This document shows, piece after piece, positions 12,990 to 25,050 of a stretch of DNA of 64,000 bases. Made by a program: the position numbers and the translations under genes. Where the stretch lies: the NCBI RefSeq assembly GCF_004010195.1, contig NC_057719.1, forward strand, positions 62,954,726 through 63,018,725, read 5' to 3'. How positions within the stretch are numbered: the first letter of the stretch is position 1; each line of letters opens with the position of its first letter. Under the pieces are notes generated by a model. That model saw nothing but the letters and a program-made list of their open reading frames with translations. It did no database searches and had not been told where the DNA came from. This DNA comes from Chiloscyllium plagiosum (Eukaryota).

Positions 12990-13215
12990 TCTTGATCTGG
13001 CTGAGGAATACATATTAGCAAAGACATGGGGGCAAATCCCCTTCTCTTTTGTGAATAGTGCCATGAGATCTTTGAATTTCACTAAAGTCTAGGCAATCCC
13101 TGACAGTGCAACACTTTCTCATACATGCACTGAGGTTTTAGCCAGAATGTTTTGCTCATATTTCTTGACTGGGGCTTCACAAAGTGTCCTTCTGTTTCAG
13201 AGCTGCATTGGGTTC
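12990..13215 (-). mobile_element. Old Deu-domain-type SINE fragment
   Basis: AATAGTGCCATGAGATCTTT and CTGACAGTGCAACACT motifs; related to 3790-3952. Confidence 0.55.
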
Positions 13216-13562
13216 AGATGGAGACCAATACTACTTCCCTTCTGATTGAAGGTCCTGATCAAAGTATTGATGGTTCATCGGCAACTGCATTCAAATATAA
13301 TTGAAATAATCATTAAGAGGAGGAAGGAATCAGATAATGTGCCCAAATTCATCAATGTTATTACTGTGTACAGGGAATTAGTGTGATTAAAATTACAATT
13401 AGTCGCTCTTGCTCATGACAAAGCCTTTGATACGTTAAATTATGAATACATTTTCCAAGTACATTCTACTGAACTCTGGGCTTGAAAATGGTGGGGAAGT
13501 GTAGATCTTTATGCTAACTCTGTTGTGGTGTTGGAAATACCTCTTCCATATTAAAACTATGT

Positions 13563-13838
13563 CGGGGATACAGTGACATTGTGGTAATGGTATTGGACAG
13601 GTAATCCAGGCCAATTTTCTGGGGAAATGACAGACTATGAAACTTGAATTCAATTTAAAATAATTGCCATAATTTCGTTCAGTATTGTTCTTCAAAGAAG
13701 GAAATCTAACATCCTTATCCTACATGTGACACAAGACTCACAGCAATACAGTTGATTCTTTCCTGCACTCTGGAAAATTTGGATTGCATGATAAATGCTG
13801 CGCTGGACACATCCCATGCATGACTATTAAAACAAAAG
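13563..13838 (+). mobile_element. Old tRNA-derived SINE with CR1-type tail
   Basis: GTGGTAATG...GTAATCCAG head, GAAGGAAATCT...CCTACATGTGAC core, ATAAATGCTG...ACATCCCATG tail; reverse copy at 17410-17745. Confidence 0.6.
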
Positions 13839-16029
13839 ATAGAATTAGAAATATCAGAGGGTTACACTCAGCCATAAATTACCCATGCTGTGATGAGATC
13901 CGAGGAGCCAGCATCATGTTGAGGGATGATGAGGTGAGTTAGGCAGCTCTATCCCACCTTAGTTTTCTGGTTACGAGAAAACTGTCCTCGGTTAAATTGG
14001 AGCAGCAGAGGCACGACATGGGAATGCAAACTGTGAGCTGTCAATTAGGTTCATTAATAAGTCATTTGACATCAATTATCTCCTTGATGATTGATGTTAG
14101 CTTGGGGTTTTAGTGGTGACTTGCACGGCTCTCCCATGCTTCCTGAAGGCGACCCTAGTGAACCCCATTACTTATGGCCTCATTGGGATGTGCATGGCCC
14201 TTGCTGTCAGGCATTCAGTACCTGGCTGAGGAATCCAGTATCAGAAAATGGTGCAGGTGTGGGGTTTTGGCACGGAACATCTTGCCTGTAACCACTCCAG
14301 CCCCCTGTATTTAATTTTAGTGCCAGACTAAATCATAAGGCGACCATTTTAACTAGTCTAGGGTGAATCCCTCAAATATTTGTTAGTGAGTGGAGTTCAA
14401 AACTACTTGTGACACTTTTTATTCATGTAAACTGCTGTGTTGAAAATATATCAGTCATCACATGTTAGGTTTCAGTGCCCTTCCTGAGACTTGTAAAATA
14501 AATGAGATGTCAAACAAATCTGGGAATAGATACACCAATACTTGAAACAGTTCATTAATCTCTTCATCAGCCTGATGATCAGGAGATTTGGAAGAAAATG
14601 AGTGAAAAATTCATGAGCAATGATTGGATTACACTCCGGGCTCAAGCAATATAGAAACTAACTTTTGAAAAAAGCGTAGGCATCGGTGTTGCAGCTTAAT
14701 TGAAAACAAACAGCTTTAACACTTGGGTAGCCTTCTCTCTCTTTCAAGAAACACATTTACCCTCATAGTCTGGAAGCTGCAAATGGCGCTAACAATCACC
14801 TTACATTTAATAATCCATTCGTGATCACTTGAGCTTCATGTCACTCCAGCAAAACACTGCAGCCATGTCATGTAGACTCTTTCAGAGCACCCATTATAAA
14901 CCCCACTGCACTTGCCTATTCAGTTAGGATTATCAAGTGCAATAGCTCTGTGCATCGTCTTCATTTCTAATTAGCCTTAATTTGATCAGAAATTTTTAAG
15001 TTAGTGATTCAGAGATCATTTTGCTGTTACTTGACCATCAACTTGCAATTGGTCAGATAGTAAAAATTTTGAGGTTTTATATTCAACGTCAATGCCTGGA
15101 ATAGGACAGTAGCAGTGTCGGATAACTTGGTGATGTCTTGTCTTGTCTCAGAGCTATTATGGGCTTTCACTTGAAGATCTGACCTTAGACTTTCTCACTT
15201 CACACGTCCATGAATCAGTTGTTTGACCAGTATTAAAAATGCACACATGAAATAGCCAATAATCATCATGAGTTTTATTGTGCATCAGACTTTGGTTCTG
15301 GAAGGTTGAACCAAGTTGAAATAGCTTTCTGTCATCAGTTTTTATATCCCAGACAGTGTCCTTCTCATGCAGGTCTGTTCTCCTCACTCACTCAGGTTGT
15401 TCGAGAAACTGCTGACCTTGCTTTCTCCCCCCGTTTATTCTGAAGCTGCTGCCCTAGTCTCTGTCTCACTGTTTCAGATGAACAGAGTCCTCCTCTCCCT
15501 TGCTCTTTTAGGTTCTAGTGACTGTCTTTAAGTCCTTCTGTTTCACTCTCTGTTGCAGGTGTTTGAAATTTGATATTCTTACACTTGTCCTGTTAAATGC
15601 AAGACAGAAAGCTTCAGCAACATGTAGCACTTTTTAGCAATATTTGATTTGGTTATATTTTTTAGAAACCGTACTCTGTTATAACATATTTAGCAATATG
15701 CTCAGAGTTAGCTCGGTGAACAGATTTAATCATCGAGATTTTCTTCTCCATTGAACCAATTTAATGTCTCAGTTTCGTCTGATGAAGAACTGGATGTACT
15801 CCAATTGTAAACCTGTTTGAAACTTAATCTTTAATTAAAAACTTGTACAATACATCTGTTCAGTCTAACATCCTAATGATGTTTAATATTTCAAAAGCCC
15901 TCTTGACTTGCCAACTGTTTCACATTGCATGTGCCAATGTTGACACTGATTTGATTATCCCTGTACTTTGTTTATATCCACCTATTATGCCTCAATATAT
16001 GCATATCTGTTCTTTAAGTCACTAATACC

Positions 16030-16345
16030 TTATAGAAACACAGAAGATAGGAGCAGGAGGAGGCCATTCGGCCCTTTAAGCCTGCTCTGCCATTCATCAC
16101 AATCATGGCTGATCGTCCAACTCAATAGCCTAATCCTGCTTTCTCCCCATAAACTTTGATCCCGTTCAGCCCAAGTGCTATATCTAGCCACCTCTTGAAT
16201 GCATTCAATGTTTTGGCATCAACTACTTCCTGTGGGAATGAACTCCACAGGCTCACCACTCTTTGGGTGAAGAAATGTCTCCTCATTTCTATCCTAAATG
16301 GGCCACTCCCAAATCCTCAGGCTGTGACCCCTTGTTCTGAACATT
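16030..16345 (-). mobile_element. CR1 LINE 3' end fragment (second tail family)
   Basis: GGAGCAGGAGGAGGCCATTCGGCCC...ATCATGGCTGATC tail and RVVSLWSSF-type remnant; related to 29450-29990 and 54640-55705. Confidence 0.8.
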
Positions 16346-17409
16346 TCATTGTACTTGGATCACATTGGACACTGACCCTCCCCCCTTTAACTGAGAACTA
16401 ACCGGATATTAAATGAATCATAATGCTAAGGTGATTTATGTTTGTCAATGTTTGCCTCTTTCACTTGGAGTTTTAGTCTATTAGCAGTATCTACAGAAAT
16501 GCTATATTTTGGAGATCCAATAGCAGAGTCGTCTCCCAAGCCAACATGCCAGGCATCGAGTTGCAAATCACTTCAAACTGCTTCTGCCAGGCAGGACATG
16601 TCAATCACATGCTTGACCCCAGAACTGCAAAGCATTTCTTCACCATAGGTGGCTAGTGATGTCATCAATAGATCCTGAACAGGTCAAACAATTCATGGCC
16701 ATTTGCAATTAACCGAAAATCGAGATACTCAGGAAGTCATTAACACATTAAGAGACCTTAACAGAATGAGCAGAAGTGTAATCAGAGAGAGAGCACACAA
16801 ACACATCATTCAGCTGACCCTTAAATCTCCATCTCTTCCACATGTACAGAGTCTGCTAATTTTGCGTTAGATGCGTCAGCTATCGCAGAGCGCATCAAAA
16901 TAAAGTGGAAACAAGTCGCTGATGAAGTAGTATCCTCCACTAATGGTTTTCACACCAACTCAGAAAGATTCAATAAGACAGCAATTCCCAAAGTGAGGTT
17001 GTTGAAATAGCTAATGATGTCATGAGCACTCCCTCCTCTAAAACTGCATTGACCCTGAGGCCCAGGTAGCTCTCGGCCTGCTGTTGACCTGCTTCTCTCT
17101 CAGGCTCTTGTTCCAGACCGTTGTACCTGCCCAATGGTCCATGAGACTCGAAGCGTGGCCCTGACTGTCAACCTAATGGTAATGTCACTTACTGCCATTG
17201 TGCTGCAGCCTGTCAGAGCCCAGCTCCACCACCCTGATACTGTAGAATGATCTGGACTCCAATATCTGCCAACTCAATAGCTTCAATCTGTGCTTCCTGG
17301 CAAGGTTTTCTTATTCTTTCCTGGATATGGGTGCTATTGACAAATAATCGAAAAGCCCTCAAAAGTTGTTGGACAGTTGCCATCTTGAAACTCACTTTTG
17401 ACTTTATCT

Positions 17410-17745
17410 ACAGTAGTTTGTCATAATTGAATGGCTTGCTAGGCCACTTCAGAGCGTAGTTAAAAATCAGGCACAATGGTGTCACATCTGGGCCAAACCA
17501 GGTAAGAATGTTAGATTTCTTTTCCTACAGGGCATTATTAGTGAACTGGATAGGTTTTTATAACAATTGATTATAGTTTCATGGAACTATTACTGAGCTT
17601 GATATTCCAGATTTTTATGAAAATTGAGTTGATTAGTTTGTTGAATTTAAATTCCACCAGCTGCTGTGGCAGAATTTGAGCCTGTGCCCAGGTCCTTGAC
17701 CTGAATTTCTGAATCACTCGACAACAGACATGACCCTTACCCTAT
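17410..17745 (-). mobile_element. Old tRNA-derived SINE, same family as 13563-13838
   Basis: CCAGGTAAGAATGTTAGATTTC, TGAATTTAAATTCCACCAGCTG blocks. Confidence 0.6.
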
Positions 17746-18529
17746 CGGATGAAGTAATGGACTGGTGAGTGCATTAAATAATTTTTTTTATTAACACAGT
17801 ACTTTAAAAACTAACCTATTTAAATTATCTTTTAGATGTTGATTGTAATGTGTGAATGTTAATTATTTTCTACTGAATGTGTTATGATGCTTGATTTTAT
17901 TTAGCCTCTGGCTTTCAGTAATTTTCAATGGGGTAATGTTGGAAAATAATTTGCATAGGATGGTTGCCGGGCAATCAACTTGGACAAGGATGGCGGTCTT
18001 GCCTGACCATGCTTGGAATTGATTCTAACCAATGATTAGCTTTCATGGATTTGCCAAATCATTAGACAATGTGGATCTGTGCTGATACTTTAATTTCTTG
18101 AGAGCACATGGTCCATTGAAGCAAGGAAATAAAGAACAGAAGTTACTCAATGGCTTGCTCTGTGCCCTAACCAGATCCAAGTCTCATCAGTCTTCCAGTC
18201 AAAGCATATTTTGCTTATGTACAGTTTTAATTTTTCCCTCATGCAGCACTGATTCAATACAACAGACCAATCCAATTGTTACCAAGGAAACTGTCTCAAA
18301 AATTGAATTTTTGGAAATGTTATGTGCAGATTAAAACTTGTGACAGAATGCTAGGGTGTGGTATCCATGAAAACAATCAGTAATGTTCTTCTCCGTTTCA
18401 TACTAAATTAACACAAGGTTTGGAAGAAGGATTTTAAAAAGAGCTAAGCGTAAATTTAAACAGATCTACCAAGTGTTTGTTTATTTCTCAGGTGTATTTT
18501 TTTGTTTACTCTCAATTATTCTATATCTC

Positions 18530-18860
18530 TATCTTATTATTCCAACTCTCTTTGCAATGGAAACACTTTCTTATTTATTGTATCAGAATAATTTTGAACA
18601 CATCAATTAAATTTATCCTTGAGTATCTCTGTTCTTAGGAGAACAATTTCACCTTATCCAGCCTTCTCCCTTAATGAAGCCCCTTCTCTCTGTTACCATA
18701 CCCATAAATAATTTTTGCACTTTCTCAAAGGCTTTGATATTCATTCTAAACTGTAATGCCCGAAATTGGCCAAAATACTCCAGCTGATGTCTGAGTAGTG
18801 TTTAATATAACTTTGTTGCCTGAGTACTTTGCACGCTTCGATTATTAAAGCCTAGGATGC
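18530..18860 (-). mobile_element. Old CR1 RT fragment
   Basis: Reverse complement resembles RHQLEYFGQFRALQFRMNIKAFEKVQK. Confidence 0.55.
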
Positions 18861-18889
18861 ACAGATCCAACTCATCTAGAGCACGACTG

Positions 18890-19182
18890 CTAATAACCAC
18901 TACTATGGAACAATGCTTTGTCACTTATCTATGAAGCTTGTGACTCACTCTGTCTTTTATTCTGTGACACATTTGATCTCTAAACTCCCTGTTTCTTCCC
19001 TCCTTTCTATAGAGTAAAACACGGGAAATTTCCACCTCTCTTCAATTCTGAAGATGATTGATTTTGAACTTGAAATGCTAGTTCTATTTTTCTCTCCACA
19101 ATCGCTATTAAACCTGCTGAGTTTCTCCAGTGTTTTCTGTTTTTCTTGCAGATTTCCAACATCGGCAGATTTTACCTTTGCT
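18890..19182 (+). mobile_element. Old Penelope-like 3' terminus with degenerate hammerhead
   Basis: CTGAAGA (19048) ... GAAATG, then ACCTGCTGAGTTTCTCCAG...CAGATTTCCAACATCGGCAG, homologous to the younger PLE ends. Confidence 0.6.
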
Positions 19183-20364
19183 CGGTCAGAGCAATATTAC
19201 CAGGTTTGCTTATAAATTGAGAAAGCTTCAGATGGATTGAATGAAACTGCATACTTGAATTTGTTGCTGAAAGTAGGCATGGTACCTACTCGAAGGCTGC
19301 AGTTACTTCAATAATTAAGGGAGAGATCCACAATCAGATGCAACAGCTTGTGCACCAAATTCTACTTTTATTATTTAGGATCAGTATATTGGTGTGAAAG
19401 TTCAGGATGTGGCTTACAATGTCCCAAGATAAGATAGGTTGTTGAATTTTGAGCCAGTTACACAGTGAACTTTAAAAGTTCTCCATATTGAGCCAAATTT
19501 ACAAGATCCTTTTCTTTGGCTGCTTCAGTTATACAGTAATCATATTTATCCTCACAGCTTTGCAGGTACATATGCTTCATTGATGCACCCATCTGTTAAG
19601 CAAAGCATTCTCCCATACCATTGTTACCATTTCCATTTCATTTATCCTCTGTTTTTAGCTTGATTCATTTTGACATGCAGTGTACTAATGGTTTATATAA
19701 TCTCAACTCAAAATTCACAAAGATCTGTGAAGATATTTATCCAACCTGGTCCCCGGCTGGTGACACAGCAGGGGTTTGCAAGTTGTTAGGATTTCATCTC
19801 CGGAGAAGCACGGTGCATATTTTGCTATTCTGCTGTCTTCCCTGGAAAAAGAGAAATTATATTTCAGTGGGCCCTTGCTTGCAACATGTTTCTGCTTTGA
19901 ATTTCTCTAATGACAAATGCCATATCGACTTGGCAGAACATTTCAAAAATGGTGTTGGTATTTTCAAAAGGATGGGTGAGAGAAGGATGACAAGAATTTA
20001 ATGCAAACTAGAGCTATTTTTTCTCTCTCTAGGTGCAATGATTTACAATTTCTTATGGGTTATGCCCATTGCTCTCACAGATACTAAAATCTCTGTGAAG
20101 TGGATGAGAGAGATGCCTGTATATGAAAACGTTTTGAGGAAAAGCAAATGCTGAAACTGAAGAATAAGTATAATTTTGGAAAATAATGTACAACAAGCAC
20201 ACAAGATTTGTTTTAAAGGCCCAGTGTTCGAAATATTTTGTAAACCTTTCTTTTGTTAGGTAAATTGGATTGAATGAGTACCTGAGTGAAATGTAATTAA
20301 GAAATTCACTTTTCTTCTTTCACACAAGAACGTTTGTAGAGGGGGTCTGAGATGTAAATCTCAG

Positions 20365-21432
20365 GTAGAAGACAGAGGGTGGTGGTGGAGGGTTGTTTTT
20401 CAAATCGGAGGCCTGTGATCAGTGGAGTGCCACAAGGATCGGTGCTGGGTCCTCTACTTTTCGTCATTTATATACATGATTTGGATGTGAGTTTAAGAAG
20501 TATAGTTCGTCAGTTTGCAGATGACACCACAATTGGAGGTGTAATGGACAGCGAAGAAAGTAACACCAGATTACGACAGGATCATGATCAGATGGGCCAA
20601 TGGGTTGAGGAGTGGCAGATGGAGTTTAATTTAGATAAATGCAAGGTGCTGCATTTTGGGAAAGCAAATCTTAACAGGACTTGTATATTTAATGGTAAGG
20701 TCCTAGGGAGTGTTGCTGAACAAGGAGACTTTGAAGTGCAGGTTCATAGCTCCTTGAAAGTAGAGTCACAGATAGATAGGATAGTGAAGAAGGCATTTGG
20801 TATGCTTTCTTTTATTGGTCAGAGTATTGAGTACAGGAGTTGGAAGGTCATGTTGCGGCTGTACAGGACATTGGTTAGGCCACTGTTGGAATATTGCATG
20901 CAAATCTGATCACCTTCCTATCAGAAGGATGTTGTGAAATTTGAAAGAGTTCAGAAAAGGTTTACAAGGATGTTGCCAGGGTTGGAGGATTTGAGCGATA
21001 GGAAGAGATTGAATAGCCTAGGGCTGTTTTCCCTGGAGTGTCGGAGGCTGAGGGGTGACCTTATAGAGGTTTATAAAATCATAAGGGCATGGATAGAATA
21101 AATAGACAAGGTCTTTTCCCTGGGGTGGGGGAGTCCAGAACTAGAGGGCAGAGGTTTAGGGTGAGAGGGGAAAGATATAAAGGAGACCTAAGGGGCAACT
21201 TTTTCACGCAGAGGGTGGTGCATATGTGGAATGGGCTGCCAGAGGAAGTGGTAGAGGCTGGTACAATTGCAACATTTAAAAGGCATCTGGATGGGTATAT
21301 GAATAGGAAGGGTTTGAAGGGATATGGGCTGGGTGCTGGCAGGTGGGACTAGATTGGGTTGTGATATCTGGTCGGCATGGACGAGTTGGACCGAAGAGTC
21401 TGTTTCCGTGCTGTATATCTCTATGACTCTAT
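20365..21432 (+). mobile_element. CR1 (HER1-like) LINE, 5'-truncated
   Basis: ORF 20379-20909: SGVPQGSVLGPLLFVIYI, FADDT, WQMEFN; ORF 21089-21352: RTRGQRFRV...FFTQRVV; CTCTATGACTCT tail. Confidence 0.96.
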
Positions 21433-23184
21433 GTGAATAGAAAACGTTGTAAGTACTTAGTAAGTCTGTCTGGCAGCATGTGTGAAGACAGAAACAAAGC
21501 ATGTTTCAAGGACTAACGTAATGGCTCCTTTATGTTGTATAACTCTTTGCCTGTCACAAATGCCAACTCTGCTGCCTGTGACGGTGGCCTGTATTTGTAC
21601 TTTAAATGTAAAATAACTCCACAGAAGGCTGGAAGGTTTTTGAGGGAACAGGGAGACATTTATTGACCAGCCCTTTCCAGCCAGTTTGATGTCACATTGA
21701 AGCTTTAATCAGCTGCAGCTGCAGAATCTCATAATATGAGATTCTCACTAAACTGGAGACTCCATTGCCCTGGTCTGACCCTGACTTGGAATCTCTATTG
21801 CATCCTTACCTTTGCTGTCAACTGGAAACTGCTTCATGCTGAGATTATAATTATTTTCTATATTTCTGTGCAACAGCTCCTAAAAGAATGGAAGTTTTAA
21901 AAATTGAAATACAGTAATTCTGTATGTTATCCTTTGTTGGAAGACAGCCTCTGTTCTCAGAATGACTTGTGTTGCTCCTGACAGAAGCATTTCGATTGAT
22001 CCTGCTCTTCTCAGCGCATCAGTTATTGAAGGACTGTCAGAAAAAGACTCATGAACCGAGAGTCTGCTTGAGCAACTTGAGCTGTCGAACTGGGTGCAAA
22101 CTGCTCAAAAATCATGCGTGGAAAAGCAATGATAAATGGTGAGAGAAGGTTGTTTTCTTTATAAAGTCAGGACTGGCGAGCAGTACTGACCCAGAAGTGA
22201 TTCAGCTTTGAGTGCCTGATTTATTTCAGATCAAATCATAGCTTGTAAAATCAAATTAAGTATTTAGAAAAAGTGGAAAAAATGAAGATCAGCTTGTTAG
22301 ATCTAAAGAATTCCTATTATTTGGTTGCAGGAAGGTGCTGGTGAGGCATGAGCATATCTTTGCACAATCTTTTATCTCATTTTCAGATTCCAGGCCTCTC
22401 AAACCCATTGTTTATAGGAGAAGTAAATCAGATTTGAGCTAAACAGTGTATCGGTTCTGCACAGGAATTTCCTTAAATATTTCTGCTGCTTCTGACGTTC
22501 GTCTTACTAAAGCCTCATGCCATTAATTTAAATAATTTAAATTCCCTGGATTTTTACAAATGATGCACTGCCCTAGATTCAAACATGGCGCATCAATGTG
22601 GCCCAAAGTCATCAGAGCGACCAAAATCTCTCGGGGTTGTTGGTGAATTTCTTGGTAATTTTCTGAACATTTCTTTTCCTGATGCACACATTTTATTTAA
22701 GCAAAAAGCTGTTTTCTCAGGGCAGTGACATTTGTTTGGACACCCGCCTGCCATTTTACCCATGGTCCACCCTATCAGACTGAATGTAAGCTGCAATGGT
22801 CTCTTTAATGAGCACAACCAGGTCATTTTCTCTTAGGCAATCCCTTGGGACTTTCTTTCCACTCTGGGGTTATGGGTGCTGAGGTGACTGAGCAGTCCAA
22901 CTCTGGATCCACCACAGGCGGGGTCGGTGGTATTTGAAGAGAAGGGGTCCAGGTGAGGGAATGCTCAGGTCTTTGCATGCACTTGGCCAATACCTAGATG
23001 CATCAGCGATGCTCAAGATGGTTTATGGGCCATTTCACTGAGTCTTCTACCCCACTGTAAATTCTCTGCAAGAGGTTCCCATGAGTTGGTGGGGATATTC
23101 CAACTTTTCAGAGAGGCTTTAAGGATGCTCATGAAGTGTTCCTTTGCCCTCCTGGTAACTTCTTGCCATGATAAAGCTCCAAGT

Positions 23185-23502
23185 GGGCGGCACGGTGGCA
23201 CAGTGGTTAGCACTGCTACCTCACAGCGCCAGAGACCCGGGTTCAATTCCTGCCTCAGGCGACTGACTGTGTGGAGTTTGCACATTCTCCCCGTGTCTGC
23301 GTGGGTTTCCTCCGGGTGCTCCGGTTTCCTCCCACAGTCCAAAGATGTGCAGGTCAGGTGAATTGGCCATGCTAAATTGCCCGTAGTGTTAGGTAAGGGG
23401 TTAATGTAGGGGTATGGGTGGGTTGCGCTGCGGCAGGGTGGTGTGGACTTGTTGGGCTGAAGGGCCTGTTTCCACACTGTAATGTAATCTAATCTAATCT
23501 AA
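23185..23502 (+). mobile_element. Full-length young HE1-type SINE
   Basis: GGGCGGCACGGTGGCACAGTGGTTAGC (A box), GGTTCAATTCC (B box), central domain, CR1-like tail, (AATCT)n. Confidence 0.96.
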
Positions 23503-23955
23503 AGAGCTTGTTGTGGAAATCTTGTGCCAAGCCTGCAGACAATGTGGACTGAATGACTCTGACCGGTGTCTTCATGCTGGGGGTGATGGCCTGAGAAAGA
23601 ATACTTCTATAGGAGCACCTACCTTGCCAGAAGATTTGCAAGATTTTGCAGAGGTGTCACTGGTGATGTACCTTTAACGATTTGAAGTACCTGCTGTACA
23701 CTGTCTACTTCTCCAATGCATTCAGAAAGGCTGGTAACACTGCAGCCACATACATCATGAGCTTGATGCTGGGTTTAAGGATTTTGTTGTTAAACACTCT
23801 ATTCTTTGGACAGCTGAAAGCTATGCTCGCACACCGGAGGCGATATGGAATTTCATTGTTGTTGTCTATTGCTGTTGACAGGAGGTTCGTAAGTTGATCC
23901 ACATTGTCACTAGCACTCCAGGATCTTGATGGTTGAGGAATGGAATTGCACAAGG

Positions 23956-24174
23956 TTAGAGTGGTGCTGGGAAAGCACAGCAGGTCAGGCAGCATCCGAG
24001 GAGCAGGGAAATCAACGTTTCGGGCAAAAGCCCTTCATCAGGATTCCTATGAAGGGCTTTTGCCCAAAATGTCAATTTTCCTGCTGCTTGGTTGCTGCCT
24101 GACCTGCTTTGCTTTTCCAGCAGCACTCTAATCTTGACTCTAATCTCCAGCATCTGCAGTACCCATCTCCGCCT
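23956..24174. mobile_element. Short palindromic Penelope-derived insertion with hammerhead motif
   Basis: Imperfect inverted arms centred near 24045; TSD GGAATTGCACA at 23942-23952 and 24178-24188. Confidence 0.87.
24009..24046 (-). ncRNA. Minimal type I hammerhead ribozyme motif
   Basis: Reverse complement GAATC-CTGATGA-A-GGGC-TTTT-GCCC-GAAA-CGTT-GATTT: core CUGAUGA/GAAA, stem II GGGC/GCCC, stem I AATC/GATT, NUH = GUU. Confidence 0.75.
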
Positions 24175-24315
24175 AAAGGAATTGCACAGTTGTGGCAAGC
24201 TGTGAGTACAATCTTCTGGGTGTTTAGTCTAAGTCCTATCCTCTCCTAAGCTTCTGAAAATGTGTAAATGATGATTTGGAGTTCAGCCTGAGGTTACGCA
24301 CATGCAAGCGTCATT

Positions 24316-24595
24316 AGATTAGATTACTTACAGTGTGGAAACAGGCCCTTCAGCCCAACAAGTCCACACCGACCCGCCGAAGCGAAACCCAACCAGACCC
24401 ATTCTCCTACATTTACCCCTTCACCTAACACTATGGGCAATTTAGCATGGTCAATTCACCTGACCTGCACATTTTTGGATTGTGGGAGGAAACCAGAGCA
24501 CCCGGAGGAAACCCATGCAGACATGGGGAGAATATGCAAACTCCACAAAGAGAGTCGCCTGAGGTGGGAAATGAACCCGCGTCTCTGGCGCTGTG
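24316..24595 (-). mobile_element. HE1-type SINE, 5'-truncated
   Basis: TTAGATTAGATTACTTACAGTGTGGAAACAGGCCCTTC ... GAACCCGCGTCTCTGGCGCTGTG. Confidence 0.93.
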
Positions 24596-24675
24596 GACTA
24601 TAACTCAATGACATACAATGAAGTGATTTTGCAACAGTTTACAACAGGGAGATTGACAACAGTGTCTGCTAGTTC

Positions 24676-25050
24676 TACATGGACCCACAAGAGGAAACAT
24701 CCTTTCCACCTGCATCTTGTGAAGGCCATTCAATAAAATCATCCCTCACTCTTTTAAACTCCAATGGAAACAAGCCCAGCCCCTCAAACCCACCATCATA
24801 AGACAATCCAGTCATTACAGATAGCAATCTAATAAACCTCCTCTGAATCACCTTCAACACATTAAAGAAGGAGACCAAACTGCACACGTTATACAAGATG
24901 ACATCTCACCAATGACTGATGCATAACATCACTCCTTTTATGTTTAAGTCCGTTCCATTATCCTTAATTACTTGCTGTACCTGCATACTAACGTTCAATG
25001 ATTTCTCTGTATCTTGGGATTTTGCAGGCATTCTTCATTTAAGATCTCTT
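24676..25050 (-). mobile_element. Old CR1 RT fragment
   Basis: LKVIQRRFIRLLSVMTGLSY...LGLFPLEFKRVRDDFIE. Confidence 0.75.

Noticed and set aside
19621..20001. 126-aa plus-strand ORF
   Set aside because: Non-ATG start, no recognisable domain and no supporting gene structure.
23185..23260. tRNA gene
   Set aside because: The A and B boxes are the head of an HE1 SINE, continuous with the SINE body and repeated in several copies.
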